Assembly: GCA_025357995.1 (NCBI GenBank)
Contig: JANYLF010000068.1
Span: forward strand, 1-35,208
Origin: Acidimicrobiia bacterium
GTDB taxonomy: Bacteria > Actinomycetota > Acidimicrobiia > IMCC26256 > JAENVU01
DNA length: 35,208 bases
Direction of reading: 5' to 3'
Shown here one piece after another: positions 16,886 to 25,382 of the stretch; the stretch's first letter is position 1, and the number at the start of each line of letters is the position of its first letter. The notes beneath the pieces were generated by a model that searched no databases, was not told the DNA's origin, and saw only the letters and a list, made by a program, of their open reading frames with translations. The translations under genes and the position numbers were made by a program.

Positions 16886-17695
16886 GTGCAGATCCGCGCC
16901 CGTCTCGACCGTGCGCGCCGCGACGGCTGGGAAGTCCAACGCCGGTTCGGGGCAATCCGCGGCGGGAACCTCTCGGCCGCAATCAGTATGCGCGCATTCC
17001 TCGCGTTGTTTCCGATCGCTCTCCTCGCCATCGCGTTTGTCGGGTTCGCGGGCGGCGACGCCCACACCGTGGCACGCAACATCGCCAACGCGCTCGGGCT
17101 GGGCGACGACCTCAGCACGTCGTTGACCAAGGTGGTCCTGAGCGCGCAGCATCGGAGCGTGGAGTCCAGCATCGTCGGCGTGATCGGCCTGGTGTGGACC
17201 GGTACCGGGCTTAGCGCGGCGGTGAACGCCGCGTGGGACGACGCGTGGGACGTCAAAGGAGGCGCCTGGCGCGGCCGGACCGCGGGCGTGCTCTGGCTGC
17301 TGGGCGGGCTCGGCTTCCTCACCCTGATCGTGGGCACGGCGGTGTTGTTGCGCCAGGCGAACATCCTGTTGGAGTTCGGCATCATCGGCGGAGTCGCCGC
17401 CAACTCACTCTTCTTCTATTGGACCGCGATCGTCCTTCCGGCGCGCGACATCCCTCGGCGGGCGATGCGATTCCCGGCGATATGCGCCGGCGCCGCATTG
17501 GAGATCCTCAAGGTGATCGGCTCGACCATCGTGCCCGAGCTCGTCCTGCGCTCCTCCGCGCTGTACGGCGCGATCGGCGCGGTCTTCGCGATTCTGGTCT
17601 GGCTGCTCGTGCTGGGCCGACTGGTCGTGTACACCGCGCTCCTCGAACGCGTGCGCTGGGACGCGAGTCGGGTCACGGACTCAACCGCTGGATGA
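16886..17695 (+). CDS. YihY/BrkB family membrane protein
   Basis: GGNLSAAISMRAFLALFPIALL N-terminal signature. About 6 hydrophobic segments. C-terminal VFAILVWLLVLGRLVVYTALL. GTG start. Confidence 0.6.
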   Translation: MQIRARLDRARRDGWEVQRRFGAIRGGNLSAAISMRAFLALFPIALLAIAFVGFAGGDAHTVARNIANALGLGDDLSTSLTKVVLSAQHRSVESSIVGVIGLVWTGTGLSAAVNAAWDDAWDVKGGAWRGRTAGVLWLLGGLGFLTLIVGTAVLLRQANILLEFGIIGGVAANSLFFYWTAIVLPARDIPRRAMRFPAICAGAALEILKVIGSTIVPELVLRSSALYGAIGAVFAILVWLLVLGRLVVYTALLERVRWDASRVTDSTAG

Positions 17696-18278
17696 CCCAC
17701 GTCTCGCCGCGTCGCGTGTACACGACCCGGTCGTGCACGCGATCGGCGCCGCTCTTCCAGAACTCGATCGACGTCGGTTCGATGCGGTAGCCACCCCAAT
17801 ATGGCGGCAACGGCACGTCGCCGGGGTAGCGCAGCTCCGCCTCGCGTACCTGAGCCTCCAGCGTGACGCGGTCCGCGACCGGCATGCTCTGCTGCGACGC
17901 CCACGCGCCGATCTGATGGCCGCGCGGCCGGCCCGCAAAGTACGCAGCGGACTCCGTTCGAGTCACGCGCATCGCGATCCCCTCGATCCGCACCTGCGCG
18001 TCGAGCTCGGACCAGTAAACGACGGCGGCGACCGCCTCGTTCGACGCGATCTCGCGGCCCTTCCGGCTCTCGTAGTTCGTGTAGAACACGAACCCGCGAG
18101 CGTCGAGACCACGCAACAACACGACGCGCGCGGACGGATGACCGTCATTCCCCACGGTCGCCACGGTCATCGCCGCGGCGCGATCACCGGTTGCCAGCAC
18201 GGCCTCGTCGTACCAATGCGAAAACTGCACGAACGGATCGGCGTCGACGGTTCGTTCGTCGGGTGCGTCGATCGGCAT
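17673..18278 (-). CDS. pdxH: Pyridoxamine 5'-phosphate oxidase
   Basis: RVVLLRGLDARGFVFYTNYESRKG, YWSELDAQVRIEG, RPRGHQIGAWASQQS, IEFWKSGADRVHDR; 201 aa. Confidence 0.9.
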   Translation of the reverse strand: MPIDAPDERTVDADPFVQFSHWYDEAVLATGDRAAAMTVATVGNDGHPSARVVLLRGLDARGFVFYTNYESRKGREIASNEAVAAVVYWSELDAQVRIEGIAMRVTRTESAAYFAGRPRGHQIGAWASQQSMPVADRVTLEAQVREAELRYPGDVPLPPYWGGYRIEPTSIEFWKSGADRVHDRVVYTRRGETWVIQRLSP

Positions 18279-18320
18279 GTTCCTACGCTACGCGGTCATT
18301 GCTCGGTACGCTCCCCACCG

Positions 18321-19064
18321 ATGTTGCCCTCCACCCAACACGATTCGCTCGCGATGCGCGTGCGCGCCATCTATCGCGACGCCCACTCCATGTATCGCGC
18401 GCACTTCGGGTTCATCATCGGAAGTGCCGCGCTGGTACTCGCGCCGTTCGCGATTCTCGACGGATTCGGTCTCATCGGTTCCGACACCTCGAGCACGCGG
18501 CCGTGGGTCATCGCGGCCACCATCTTCGTGGCGATCGCGACGACCGGATTGAGCAGCCTGGCCGGACTCTTCTACTCAGGCCTCCTCGACTACACCGCGG
18601 ACGCCTGGAACGAAGGTGGCGCGTCTCCGAGCCACCGCTCGGTGGCGCACAAACTCCCATGGCTCCAGCTCGTCATCGCGAGCGTCATCGCATTCGTCAT
18701 CGAGATCGTGGGGTTGATGACGCTGGTCCTCCCGGGTCTGGTGCTGTACACGCTCTTTGTCCTCACCGGACCAATGCTGGTGCGCGAGCGATTGACCGCC
18801 GTCGCCGCGCTCAAACGCAGCGCGGGTCTGGTCCGACGCAACCCCACGCTCGTGGTACTGGCCGTGCTCCTCCCGTCGATGGTCGAGAGCTCGATCGCCG
18901 ATTTCGCCGGTCTGATCTTCGGTCATCACCTCGCGATCGAACTCGTCGCGGAGGTAGTGGTGACGTTGTTTGCCGCGTCGTTTGTCGGTGTCCTCGAAGT
19001 GATCACCGCCCAACATCTCCAACGCGCTCATCCGCCGGACCGGCCCACGACGAACTCTGCGTGA
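18321..19064 (+). CDS. Hypothetical integral membrane protein (247 aa)
   Basis: In-frame ATG at 18321 after the pdxH divergent gap. At least 5 hydrophobic helices. No confident family assignment. Confidence 0.5.
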   Translation: MLPSTQHDSLAMRVRAIYRDAHSMYRAHFGFIIGSAALVLAPFAILDGFGLIGSDTSSTRPWVIAATIFVAIATTGLSSLAGLFYSGLLDYTADAWNEGGASPSHRSVAHKLPWLQLVIASVIAFVIEIVGLMTLVLPGLVLYTLFVLTGPMLVRERLTAVAALKRSAGLVRRNPTLVVLAVLLPSMVESSIADFAGLIFGHHLAIELVAEVVVTLFAASFVGVLEVITAQHLQRAHPPDRPTTNSA

Positions 19065-19110
19065 CGCAGCGTGGCGTGACAAACGGTCGAGCATGGGGGA
19101 AACTGGAGAT

Positions 19111-19638
19111 ATGGGCTTTCATCACCTCGCGATCGCAACCCGTGACCTCGAAGCAACGCACGCGTTCTACACCGGCGCGATGGGCTTCACGCTCGAGCGC
19201 GTCAACGCCGCTCCCACGCCGGACAACGGCTGGGCGCGCCACGTGTTCTACGACACCGGCAACGGCGAGATGATCGCGTTCTGGGATATTCACGACGACC
19301 CGACAATCGGCGACTTCGAACCGTCGATCTCCAAAGGACTCGGTCTGCCCCAGTGGACGAACCACATCGCGTTCGACGCGCCGAGCCTCGACGACCTCGC
19401 GGCCGCGCGCCAGCGGTGGCTCGACCACGGCTTCCACGTCTACGAGATCGACCACGGTTGGTGCACGTCGATCTACACGACCGACCCCAACGGCATCATG
19501 GTCGAGTTCTGTACCACCACGGCGGTCGCCACCGACGCCGACCGCGCGAATGCCGCGCGCCTACTCACCGCGACCAAGCCCGAACTCGAAGCCGCTCCCA
19601 GTGGCACGCTCTACAGCCCCGAGGGCGCGCCCGTTTGA
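19111..19638 (+). CDS. VOC/glyoxalase family protein
   Basis: MGFHHLAIATRDLEATHAFYTGAMGF...NHIAFDA. Alternative start at 19093. Confidence 0.75.
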   Translation: MGFHHLAIATRDLEATHAFYTGAMGFTLERVNAAPTPDNGWARHVFYDTGNGEMIAFWDIHDDPTIGDFEPSISKGLGLPQWTNHIAFDAPSLDDLAAARQRWLDHGFHVYEIDHGWCTSIYTTDPNGIMVEFCTTTAVATDADRANAARLLTATKPELEAAPSGTLYSPEGAPV

Positions 19639-19658
19639 CTCGCGGTCTCGGCCGCTCG

Positions 19659-20867
19659 TTACGCGATCACGCCGGCGGCGCGCAGCGCGTCGACCGCGTC
19701 GTCATCGAGACCGAGCAGGTCACGCACCACCGAATCGGTGTGCTCGCCCAGCGCGGGCCCAACTGAGCGCACCGCGCCCGGAGTTCGCGACAACTTCGGA
19801 ACGATGCCGGCCATCGGCACCGCTCGTTCGAATCCGGCCGCGAGTCGCAAGATCATGTCGCGCGCGGCGATGTGCGAGTCGGCCGCGATGTCCGGCGCGG
19901 TGTTGATCAGACCGGCCGGGATCGAATATGCGTCCATCCGCTCGAGAATCTCGTCTGCGCTGAGCGTCGCGGTCCATGCCGCGACCTGCCCGTCGAGCGT
20001 CATCTGATCGGCCGCCCGTGCGGCGTGGGTCGCGTAGGGCGCGTTGAGATCGGGCCGGTCCATGGCCGCCACGAGGCGCGCGAATACGGCATCCGCATTC
20101 GCGGCGATCACTACGTCGCGGCCGTCGGCGGTCGGATACGCGTTCGAAGGCGCGACCCCGGGGAGGTAGCCACCCGTCCGACCCCGCACGACGCCCGCGA
20201 GCTCCGAGTCGGCGACGGTCGATTCCATGAGCGCGAGCACCGCCTCGTAGATCGCGACGTCGACCTCCTGACCGCGACCCGAGCCTTCCCGCTCGTGCAC
20301 CGCGGCCAACGTGCCGATCACCGCGAACAGCGCAGCCAACGCGTCACCGAGTGAGATCCCGGCGCGAGCGGGTGGCCGATCGGCATCCCCGGTCGTATGG
20401 CGGATCCCGCCCATGGCCTCGCCGATCGCACCGAAGCCCGGCTCGTGGGCTCGAGGCCCGTCCTGGCCAAACCCCGACACGTGCACCAAGACGAGCGCCG
20501 GATTCGCGGCCCCCAGCACGTCGTAGCCCAGGCCCCACTTCGCGAGCGTTCCAGGCTTGAAGTTCTCGACGATCACGTCGCAATGAGCCGCGAGGTCACG
20601 CACGATCTCGCGACCGCGGTCGGTCCGCAGATCGATGGCGACCGACTGCTTGTTCCGCGCGATCGCGGGCCACCACAACGAGTGGCCCTCGACGGTCACG
20701 CCCCATCCGCGCATGGGGTCGCCCACACCCGGCGGCTCGACCTTGATCACCTCAGCACCGAGGTCGCCCATGAGCTGGCTCGCGAACGGACCGGCGATGA
20801 ACGATCCGAGCTCGAGCACGCGCAGGCCGGCCAACGGTCCGGCGGAGGGCGGAGTCGCATCGTTCAC
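19659..20867 (-). CDS. Family III CoA-transferase (CaiB/BaiF)
   Basis: GLRVLELGSFIAGPFASQLMGDLGAEVIKVEPP; 402 aa; GTG start. Confidence 0.88.
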   Translation of the reverse strand: MNDATPPSAGPLAGLRVLELGSFIAGPFASQLMGDLGAEVIKVEPPGVGDPMRGWGVTVEGHSLWWPAIARNKQSVAIDLRTDRGREIVRDLAAHCDVIVENFKPGTLAKWGLGYDVLGAANPALVLVHVSGFGQDGPRAHEPGFGAIGEAMGGIRHTTGDADRPPARAGISLGDALAALFAVIGTLAAVHEREGSGRGQEVDVAIYEAVLALMESTVADSELAGVVRGRTGGYLPGVAPSNAYPTADGRDVVIAANADAVFARLVAAMDRPDLNAPYATHAARAADQMTLDGQVAAWTATLSADEILERMDAYSIPAGLINTAPDIAADSHIAARDMILRLAAGFERAVPMAGIVPKLSRTPGAVRSVGPALGEHTDSVVRDLLGLDDDAVDALRAAGVIA

Positions 20868-20874
20868 AGACGCC

Positions 20875-20880
20875 TAGCCT
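20875..20880 (+). promoter_or_regulatory. Candidate -10 hexamer (TAGCCT) 7 nt upstream of the hydrolase ATG; leaderless-style
   Basis: Only 20 nt separate the divergent start codons at 20867 and 20888. A TANNNT hexamer sits at the expected spacing and there is no SD. Confidence 0.3.
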
Positions 20881-20887
20881 GCCAAAG

Positions 20888-22126
20888 ATGGCGCAACCAT
20901 CTCCGACTCGGATCGGCCGCTACGACAACGCGTACCGCGTCGCGGTGTGGCACCGTGATCCACCGGCCGGCACCACGTGCACCCCACTCGTCCTCGATAC
21001 CCAGGACCGGGCGGTATGCCACGGCTGGCTCTATGCCCACGGCGGCGAGTCGACGGTCGCCGTGGTCATGCACCCTCGCGCCGACTTCTCCCACCACTAC
21101 GTGGTCCCGGGCTTGCTCGAAGCCGGGATCGCCGTGTTGGCCGTCAACAGTCGGTGGCTGAATAACGACACGACCCTGATCCACGAACAGGTGTTGCTCG
21201 ACGTGGCAGCGGGTGTCGCTGCAGCCCGAGCGCGCTACGAACGCGTCGTGTTGATCGGCAACAGCGGTGGCGCGTCGCTGTTCACGTTCTACCTGCACCA
21301 AGTGCTCGCACCCGACGGTGGCCGCCTGACCCATACTTCCGCCGGAGACGCGTTCGATCTCAACCGGTTCGACCTTCCCGACGCTGATCTCATGGTGTAC
21401 CTCGCGGGTCACGCCGGAGAGGGTCACTACTTGTTGCACGCGATCGATCCTTCGGTCGTCGACGAAGCCGATCCCATCTCGTGCAATCCGGATGTGGACC
21501 TTTACGATCCACGCAACGGATTCGTCGAGCCACCGGACGAGCCGCGGTACACCGCCGAGTTCCTCTCGCGCTACCGCGCCGCCCAACGGGCGCGGGTGGA
21601 ACGCATCGACGCGCGGGCACGCGAACTCGTCGCCGCGAAACGCGCGGCGCGCGGCGCGTGGGCGGGCGGCGATGGCACCACTGCAGACCGGCGGGCCGCA
21701 ATCGCGACGCACTTCATGTACGTGTACCGCACCGACGCCGACCCGCGCGCCGTCGATCGCTCCCTCGATCCTTCCGAACGGGACTACGGCTCGCTCTGGG
21801 GTCGTCGGCCGGACTGGATCAACTACGGCGCGGTCGGGTTCGGTCGCGTGGTCGCGCCCGAGGCGTGGCTCTCCACCTGGTCGGGGCTGTCGTCACAAGC
21901 CGAGATCGCAACCACCGGCGCCCGGATGACCCTCCCCGCATTGCAGGTGATCTACACGGGCGACAACTGCATCTATCCGTCGGACGACGCGCTGATCGCA
22001 TCGTCGCTCGCGACCACCGAGCTGGAACGCGTCACCGTCGCCGGCGACCACTACGGATTTCCGGCCGACCGCGGCCGTGACCCGGCGACGCGAATCGTGG
22101 CGGATTGGATCACGGCGCGCGCGTGA
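20888..22126 (+). CDS. Alpha/beta hydrolase-fold protein with a large lid insertion
   Basis: Nucleophile elbow LIGNSGGAS. Candidate Asp (YTGDN) and His (GDHYG) near the C-terminus. 412 aa. Confidence 0.6.
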   Translation: MAQPSPTRIGRYDNAYRVAVWHRDPPAGTTCTPLVLDTQDRAVCHGWLYAHGGESTVAVVMHPRADFSHHYVVPGLLEAGIAVLAVNSRWLNNDTTLIHEQVLLDVAAGVAAARARYERVVLIGNSGGASLFTFYLHQVLAPDGGRLTHTSAGDAFDLNRFDLPDADLMVYLAGHAGEGHYLLHAIDPSVVDEADPISCNPDVDLYDPRNGFVEPPDEPRYTAEFLSRYRAAQRARVERIDARARELVAAKRAARGAWAGGDGTTADRRAAIATHFMYVYRTDADPRAVDRSLDPSERDYGSLWGRRPDWINYGAVGFGRVVAPEAWLSTWSGLSSQAEIATTGARMTLPALQVIYTGDNCIYPSDDALIASSLATTELERVTVAGDHYGFPADRGRDPATRIVADWITARA

Positions 22127-22820
22127 CCTGCCCTGCTGGCGTGCGGGTCGTGAGCGACGGGAAGAACGCACGGGCGAGGAGCGCCACCCACAGTGCACCG
22201 AGGAGCCACCCGCCAATCACGTCGGTGATCCAGTGCACGCCGAGATACACGCGCGTGAGCCCGACGACGAGCGGCACCAGCGCAGCCAGAGCCCACCCCC
22301 ACCAAGGGATGGCGCGCTTGCGGAGGTGCCACCGCGCGACGAGCAACGCGCCCACGACAACCGTCGTGTTGAACGCGTGGCCCGACGGAAACGCACCATT
22401 GCCGATCACATCCAAATGGAGCGAGACCGGAGGCCGATGACGATCAACCACCGCCTTCGCAATGTCGACGATCAGTTCCGGTCCAACCATCGCGACCACG
22501 AGGAACGCTCCGGTCCAACGGTGGCGACGCAGTGTGAGCAGACCCACCCCGATCCCGCCGATGGCGATGAGCACCCAACCGCGACCGGTGGGTTGCGCAA
22601 CCCGCAAGGCATCCGTCAGGCCGGTCGAACGGCGCGCCACGAACCAATCGGTGACGGCGCGGTCCGGTCCCATCGGCCCCCGCCCGCCGACGAGTCGCAT
22701 GACCCAACCGACACCAACGCTCACGCCCAGCACGATCAGGACCGCGCCGACGACTCGTATCCACACGGCTTGGTGACGCACGCCGGATTCCCCATCGGCC
22801 GGCTGCACCACGTCCCTCAT
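22110..22820 (-). CDS. PAP2 family membrane phosphatase
   Basis: All three PAP2 motifs: K-x6-RP (KAVVDRHRPP), PSGH, and TRVYLGVHWITD (R-x5-H-x3-D). Confidence 0.85.
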   Translation of the reverse strand: MRDVVQPADGESGVRHQAVWIRVVGAVLIVLGVSVGVGWVMRLVGGRGPMGPDRAVTDWFVARRSTGLTDALRVAQPTGRGWVLIAIGGIGVGLLTLRRHRWTGAFLVVAMVGPELIVDIAKAVVDRHRPPVSLHLDVIGNGAFPSGHAFNTTVVVGALLVARWHLRKRAIPWWGWALAALVPLVVGLTRVYLGVHWITDVIGGWLLGALWVALLARAFFPSLTTRTPAGQVTRAP

Positions 22821-22822
22821 CG

Positions 22823-22828
22823 TAGAGT
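22823..22828 (+). promoter_or_regulatory. Candidate -10 hexamer (TAGAGT) 6 nt upstream of the LLM oxidoreductase ATG; leaderless-style
   Basis: The divergent gap is only 14 nt (22821-22834). TAGAGT-N6-ATG is read directly. Confidence 0.35.
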
Positions 22829-22834
22829 CGCCGC

Positions 22835-23728
22835 ATGAAGGTCCGCATCGGCTACGGATTCGGTACTCAGCGCGGCTTCACCGCACCGCGCTACGCGGCG
22901 ATGGTCGACGCGCTCGACGGGCTCGGATTCGATTCGCTGTGGCTCTCGGAACGCATCACCGCCGACGCGCCCGATCCGATCGTCGGACTGGCCGTGGCCG
23001 CCGGTCGTTCGGCGCGGCTCAAGCTCGGCACCAGTGTGCAGGTGCTTCCGGGTCGCAACCCGGCGTTGCTCGCCAAGGAGCTCGCGACCCTCGACGTGCT
23101 GTCCGACGGTCGATTCCTGCCCGCGTTCGGCCTCGGCATCGCGCATCCGGCGGAACAGCAAGCGTTCGGGATCGATCGGAAGGCGCGGGCGGCGTATTTC
23201 GAAGAGGCGCTGCCACTGCTGCGTCGATTTTGGCTCGAGGACGCCGTCGACCACGACGGCGATCGCTTCCACTACGAGGGGCTCACCGTGCGTCCAAAGC
23301 CGGTGCAGCAACCGCCCGACATCTGGCTGGGCGGCCGCGCGCCGGTCGAGCTGCGTCGGGTCGGGCGCCTGGCCGACGGTTGGCTCGCATCGTTCTCGAT
23401 GCCCGCCGAGTGCGCGGAAGGTCGATGCTCGATCGAAGCCACCGCGGCCGAGCACGGCCGGTCGATCGATCCGGAACACTTCGGCGCGATGATCCTCTAC
23501 GCGCCGGACGAACTCCCCGAGCCGGTGCGCGCGCTCATCGCGGGTCGTTCGCCTGAAGTCGATCCTCGTGATCTCGTCCCGAGCAACCTCGACGCATTGG
23601 AACGTCGGATCACCGAGTACGTAGACGTTGGAATCTCCAAGCTTGTGTTGGTCCCACTCCACGACCCCGTCGATTGGGCGACGGAGCTGGAACCGATCGC
23701 CCGACGCGTCCACCCGCTCCAGACCTGA
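22835..23728 (+). CDS. LLM-class (luciferase-like) flavin/F420-dependent oxidoreductase
   Basis: GFDSLWLSERI...LKLGTSVQVLPGRNPALLAKELATLDVLSDGRF; 297 aa. Confidence 0.8.
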   Translation: MKVRIGYGFGTQRGFTAPRYAAMVDALDGLGFDSLWLSERITADAPDPIVGLAVAAGRSARLKLGTSVQVLPGRNPALLAKELATLDVLSDGRFLPAFGLGIAHPAEQQAFGIDRKARAAYFEEALPLLRRFWLEDAVDHDGDRFHYEGLTVRPKPVQQPPDIWLGGRAPVELRRVGRLADGWLASFSMPAECAEGRCSIEATAAEHGRSIDPEHFGAMILYAPDELPEPVRALIAGRSPEVDPRDLVPSNLDALERRITEYVDVGISKLVLVPLHDPVDWATELEPIARRVHPLQT

Positions 23729-23732
23729 CAAC

Positions 23733-24623
23733 TCATGGAGACGCGGGGGTGACGGGCGGATGCCCAATCTGATCCTCGTCGCCGGTGACGAACGGCGAAC
23801 GGGCCAGACGAATCACACCGAGCAGCATCACCACCACCGCCGCAGCAACGATCGCGTGTTGCAGGACTCCGTGCGCCTTCAGGTGCTCCTCGAAGATGTA
23901 GATCCCGAGGAATGACGACAGGATCGGATTGGTGACGGCGAGCGCGGGCAACGAGGCCGCCAAGTGGCCCGCGTTGAAGGCGCTCTGGTTCAGCACAAGC
24001 CCCGTAATCGAGAACACCGCGAGCGCGTAGACCGGCCATCGCATGAAGAGCGTCGCGACGCTGTGGTGCCCGAGGATGTCGACCACCTGTTTCGTGAGGG
24101 CGGCGGTGCACGCGTAGCACGCGCCCGTCGCGACCGCGAGGCCGAGTGCGCGGTTGTGCGGCTGCACCCCGCGGGTGATCAACACCATCAACACCATGAT
24201 CGAGATGCAGAACCCGAAGCCGAAGAACCACTCCCAACCCGTCGCGCTCCCGGACCTCCCGATGGGTTCACCGACCCCGAGGAACACCGCGATTCCGCCG
24301 GCGACCGCCGCGGCCGCGAACCACTCCGAACGGCCCGGGCGTGACGCTCTTCCGATGGCGGACAATGGCAGGGCAAACAACAGGCCGCTCACCAACAACG
24401 TTTGGACGAGGACGATCGAGCCCACCGATAGCGCCAAAGCTTCGAGGAAGTATGCGCCGATGTCGAGGGTGATACCGAACAACCACATCGGATGCTTGAT
24501 GAGTTCGATGATGAGACTCGGTCGGAGTGACATGTGTTCCGGCGCGGCGGCCGCAACCTTGTGCTGGAAGACCGACGCGATCGCGTAACAAAGGCCCGCG
24601 CTGAGCGCGAAGATGACCGCCAT
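23733..24623 (-). CDS. DMT-superfamily (EamA/NIPA-like) membrane transporter
   Basis: 296 aa with about 9-10 TM segments in two similar halves. The start lies 3 nt downstream of the deacetylase stop, consistent with an operon. Confidence 0.6.
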   Translation of the reverse strand: MAVIFALSAGLCYAIASVFQHKVAAAAPEHMSLRPSLIIELIKHPMWLFGITLDIGAYFLEALALSVGSIVLVQTLLVSGLLFALPLSAIGRASRPGRSEWFAAAAVAGGIAVFLGVGEPIGRSGSATGWEWFFGFGFCISIMVLMVLITRGVQPHNRALGLAVATGACYACTAALTKQVVDILGHHSVATLFMRWPVYALAVFSITGLVLNQSAFNAGHLAASLPALAVTNPILSSFLGIYIFEEHLKAHGVLQHAIVAAAVVVMLLGVIRLARSPFVTGDEDQIGHPPVTPASP

Positions 24624-24626
24624 CGG

Positions 24627-25382
24627 TTACGCCGCGACAGGATCCGGGATGAGGATCCCGTGTTCGCCCACCGGCCCCACGCGCAAGCCGCGTCCACGCA
24701 GCTCGTCGGCCAGGATCGGCAGTGCCTCGAGCGCGGAGTACCAACACTCGGGTGCCGACGTGCAGTCCGAATCGTGCAACAGCACCGTCCCGCCGTCGAC
24801 GTAACCGTGCAACACGTCGGCCACGACCGATCTTGGTGTTGCCTCGGCCCGCCAATCGCGGCCCCACGCCGTCCACAACACACTGCGCAGCCCGGCCCGA
24901 CGCGCGCCGCGAACGCCGCCGAGCGACAACGTTCCGTAGGGCGGTCGGAACCACACTGGTTCGACACCCGACGCAGACGCGACCGCGTCGCGCGCACGGC
25001 TGATGTCGTCCGCGACCGCGCGAGGCGACAAGCGGAGCTGCGACCTATGGGTGTCGCCGTGGACGCCGATCTCGTGGCCCGCGGCGGCAACTTCGGCCGC
25101 GAGGCTGGGCGCGCGCCGCGCCATGTCGCCCAACATGAAGAAGGTCGCGTGCACGTCGAGGGCGTCGAGCACCCGAAGAAAGTGCGGCGTCGAGGTGGGA
25201 TCCGGACCATCGTCGAACGTCAACGCGACGTGGCCACGAAGTCCCACACCGGCGAGGCGGGGAGAGATCCGTCGTCCGACGCTCGAGAGCGCGACCAACG
25301 ACGGAGCGACGTGCGCGGCAACCCCGACCGTGCCGACCACACCCAGTCCCACGCCGACGACGACCGCCGGGCGCACGGTCAC
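24627..25382 (-). CDS. Polysaccharide deacetylase (NodB homology domain) with N-terminal TM anchor
   Basis: VALTFDDGPDP, ATFFMLG, GHEIGVHGDTHRS, and LLHD at the end of the domain. GTG at 25382 overlaps the upstream TGA (GTGA). The 456-aa track ORF is over-extended. Confidence 0.85.
   Translation of the reverse strand: MTVRPAVVVGVGLGVVGTVGVAAHVAPSLVALSSVGRRISPRLAGVGLRGHVALTFDDGPDPTSTPHFLRVLDALDVHATFFMLGDMARRAPSLAAEVAAAGHEIGVHGDTHRSQLRLSPRAVADDISRARDAVASASGVEPVWFRPPYGTLSLGGVRGARRAGLRSVLWTAWGRDWRAEATPRSVVADVLHGYVDGGTVLLHDSDCTSAPECWYSALEALPILADELRGRGLRVGPVGEHGILIPDPVAA

Noticed and set aside
22817-23767. Other large antisense ORFs: 22817-23767 (-), 25430-26521 (+), 27304-28413 (+), 28509-29462 (-), 29990-30838 (-), 5939-7450 (-), 11995-12786 (-)
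   Set aside because: Each lies opposite a gene with strong family motifs, and the translated products are low-complexity and Arg/His/Asp-rich. No independent support.
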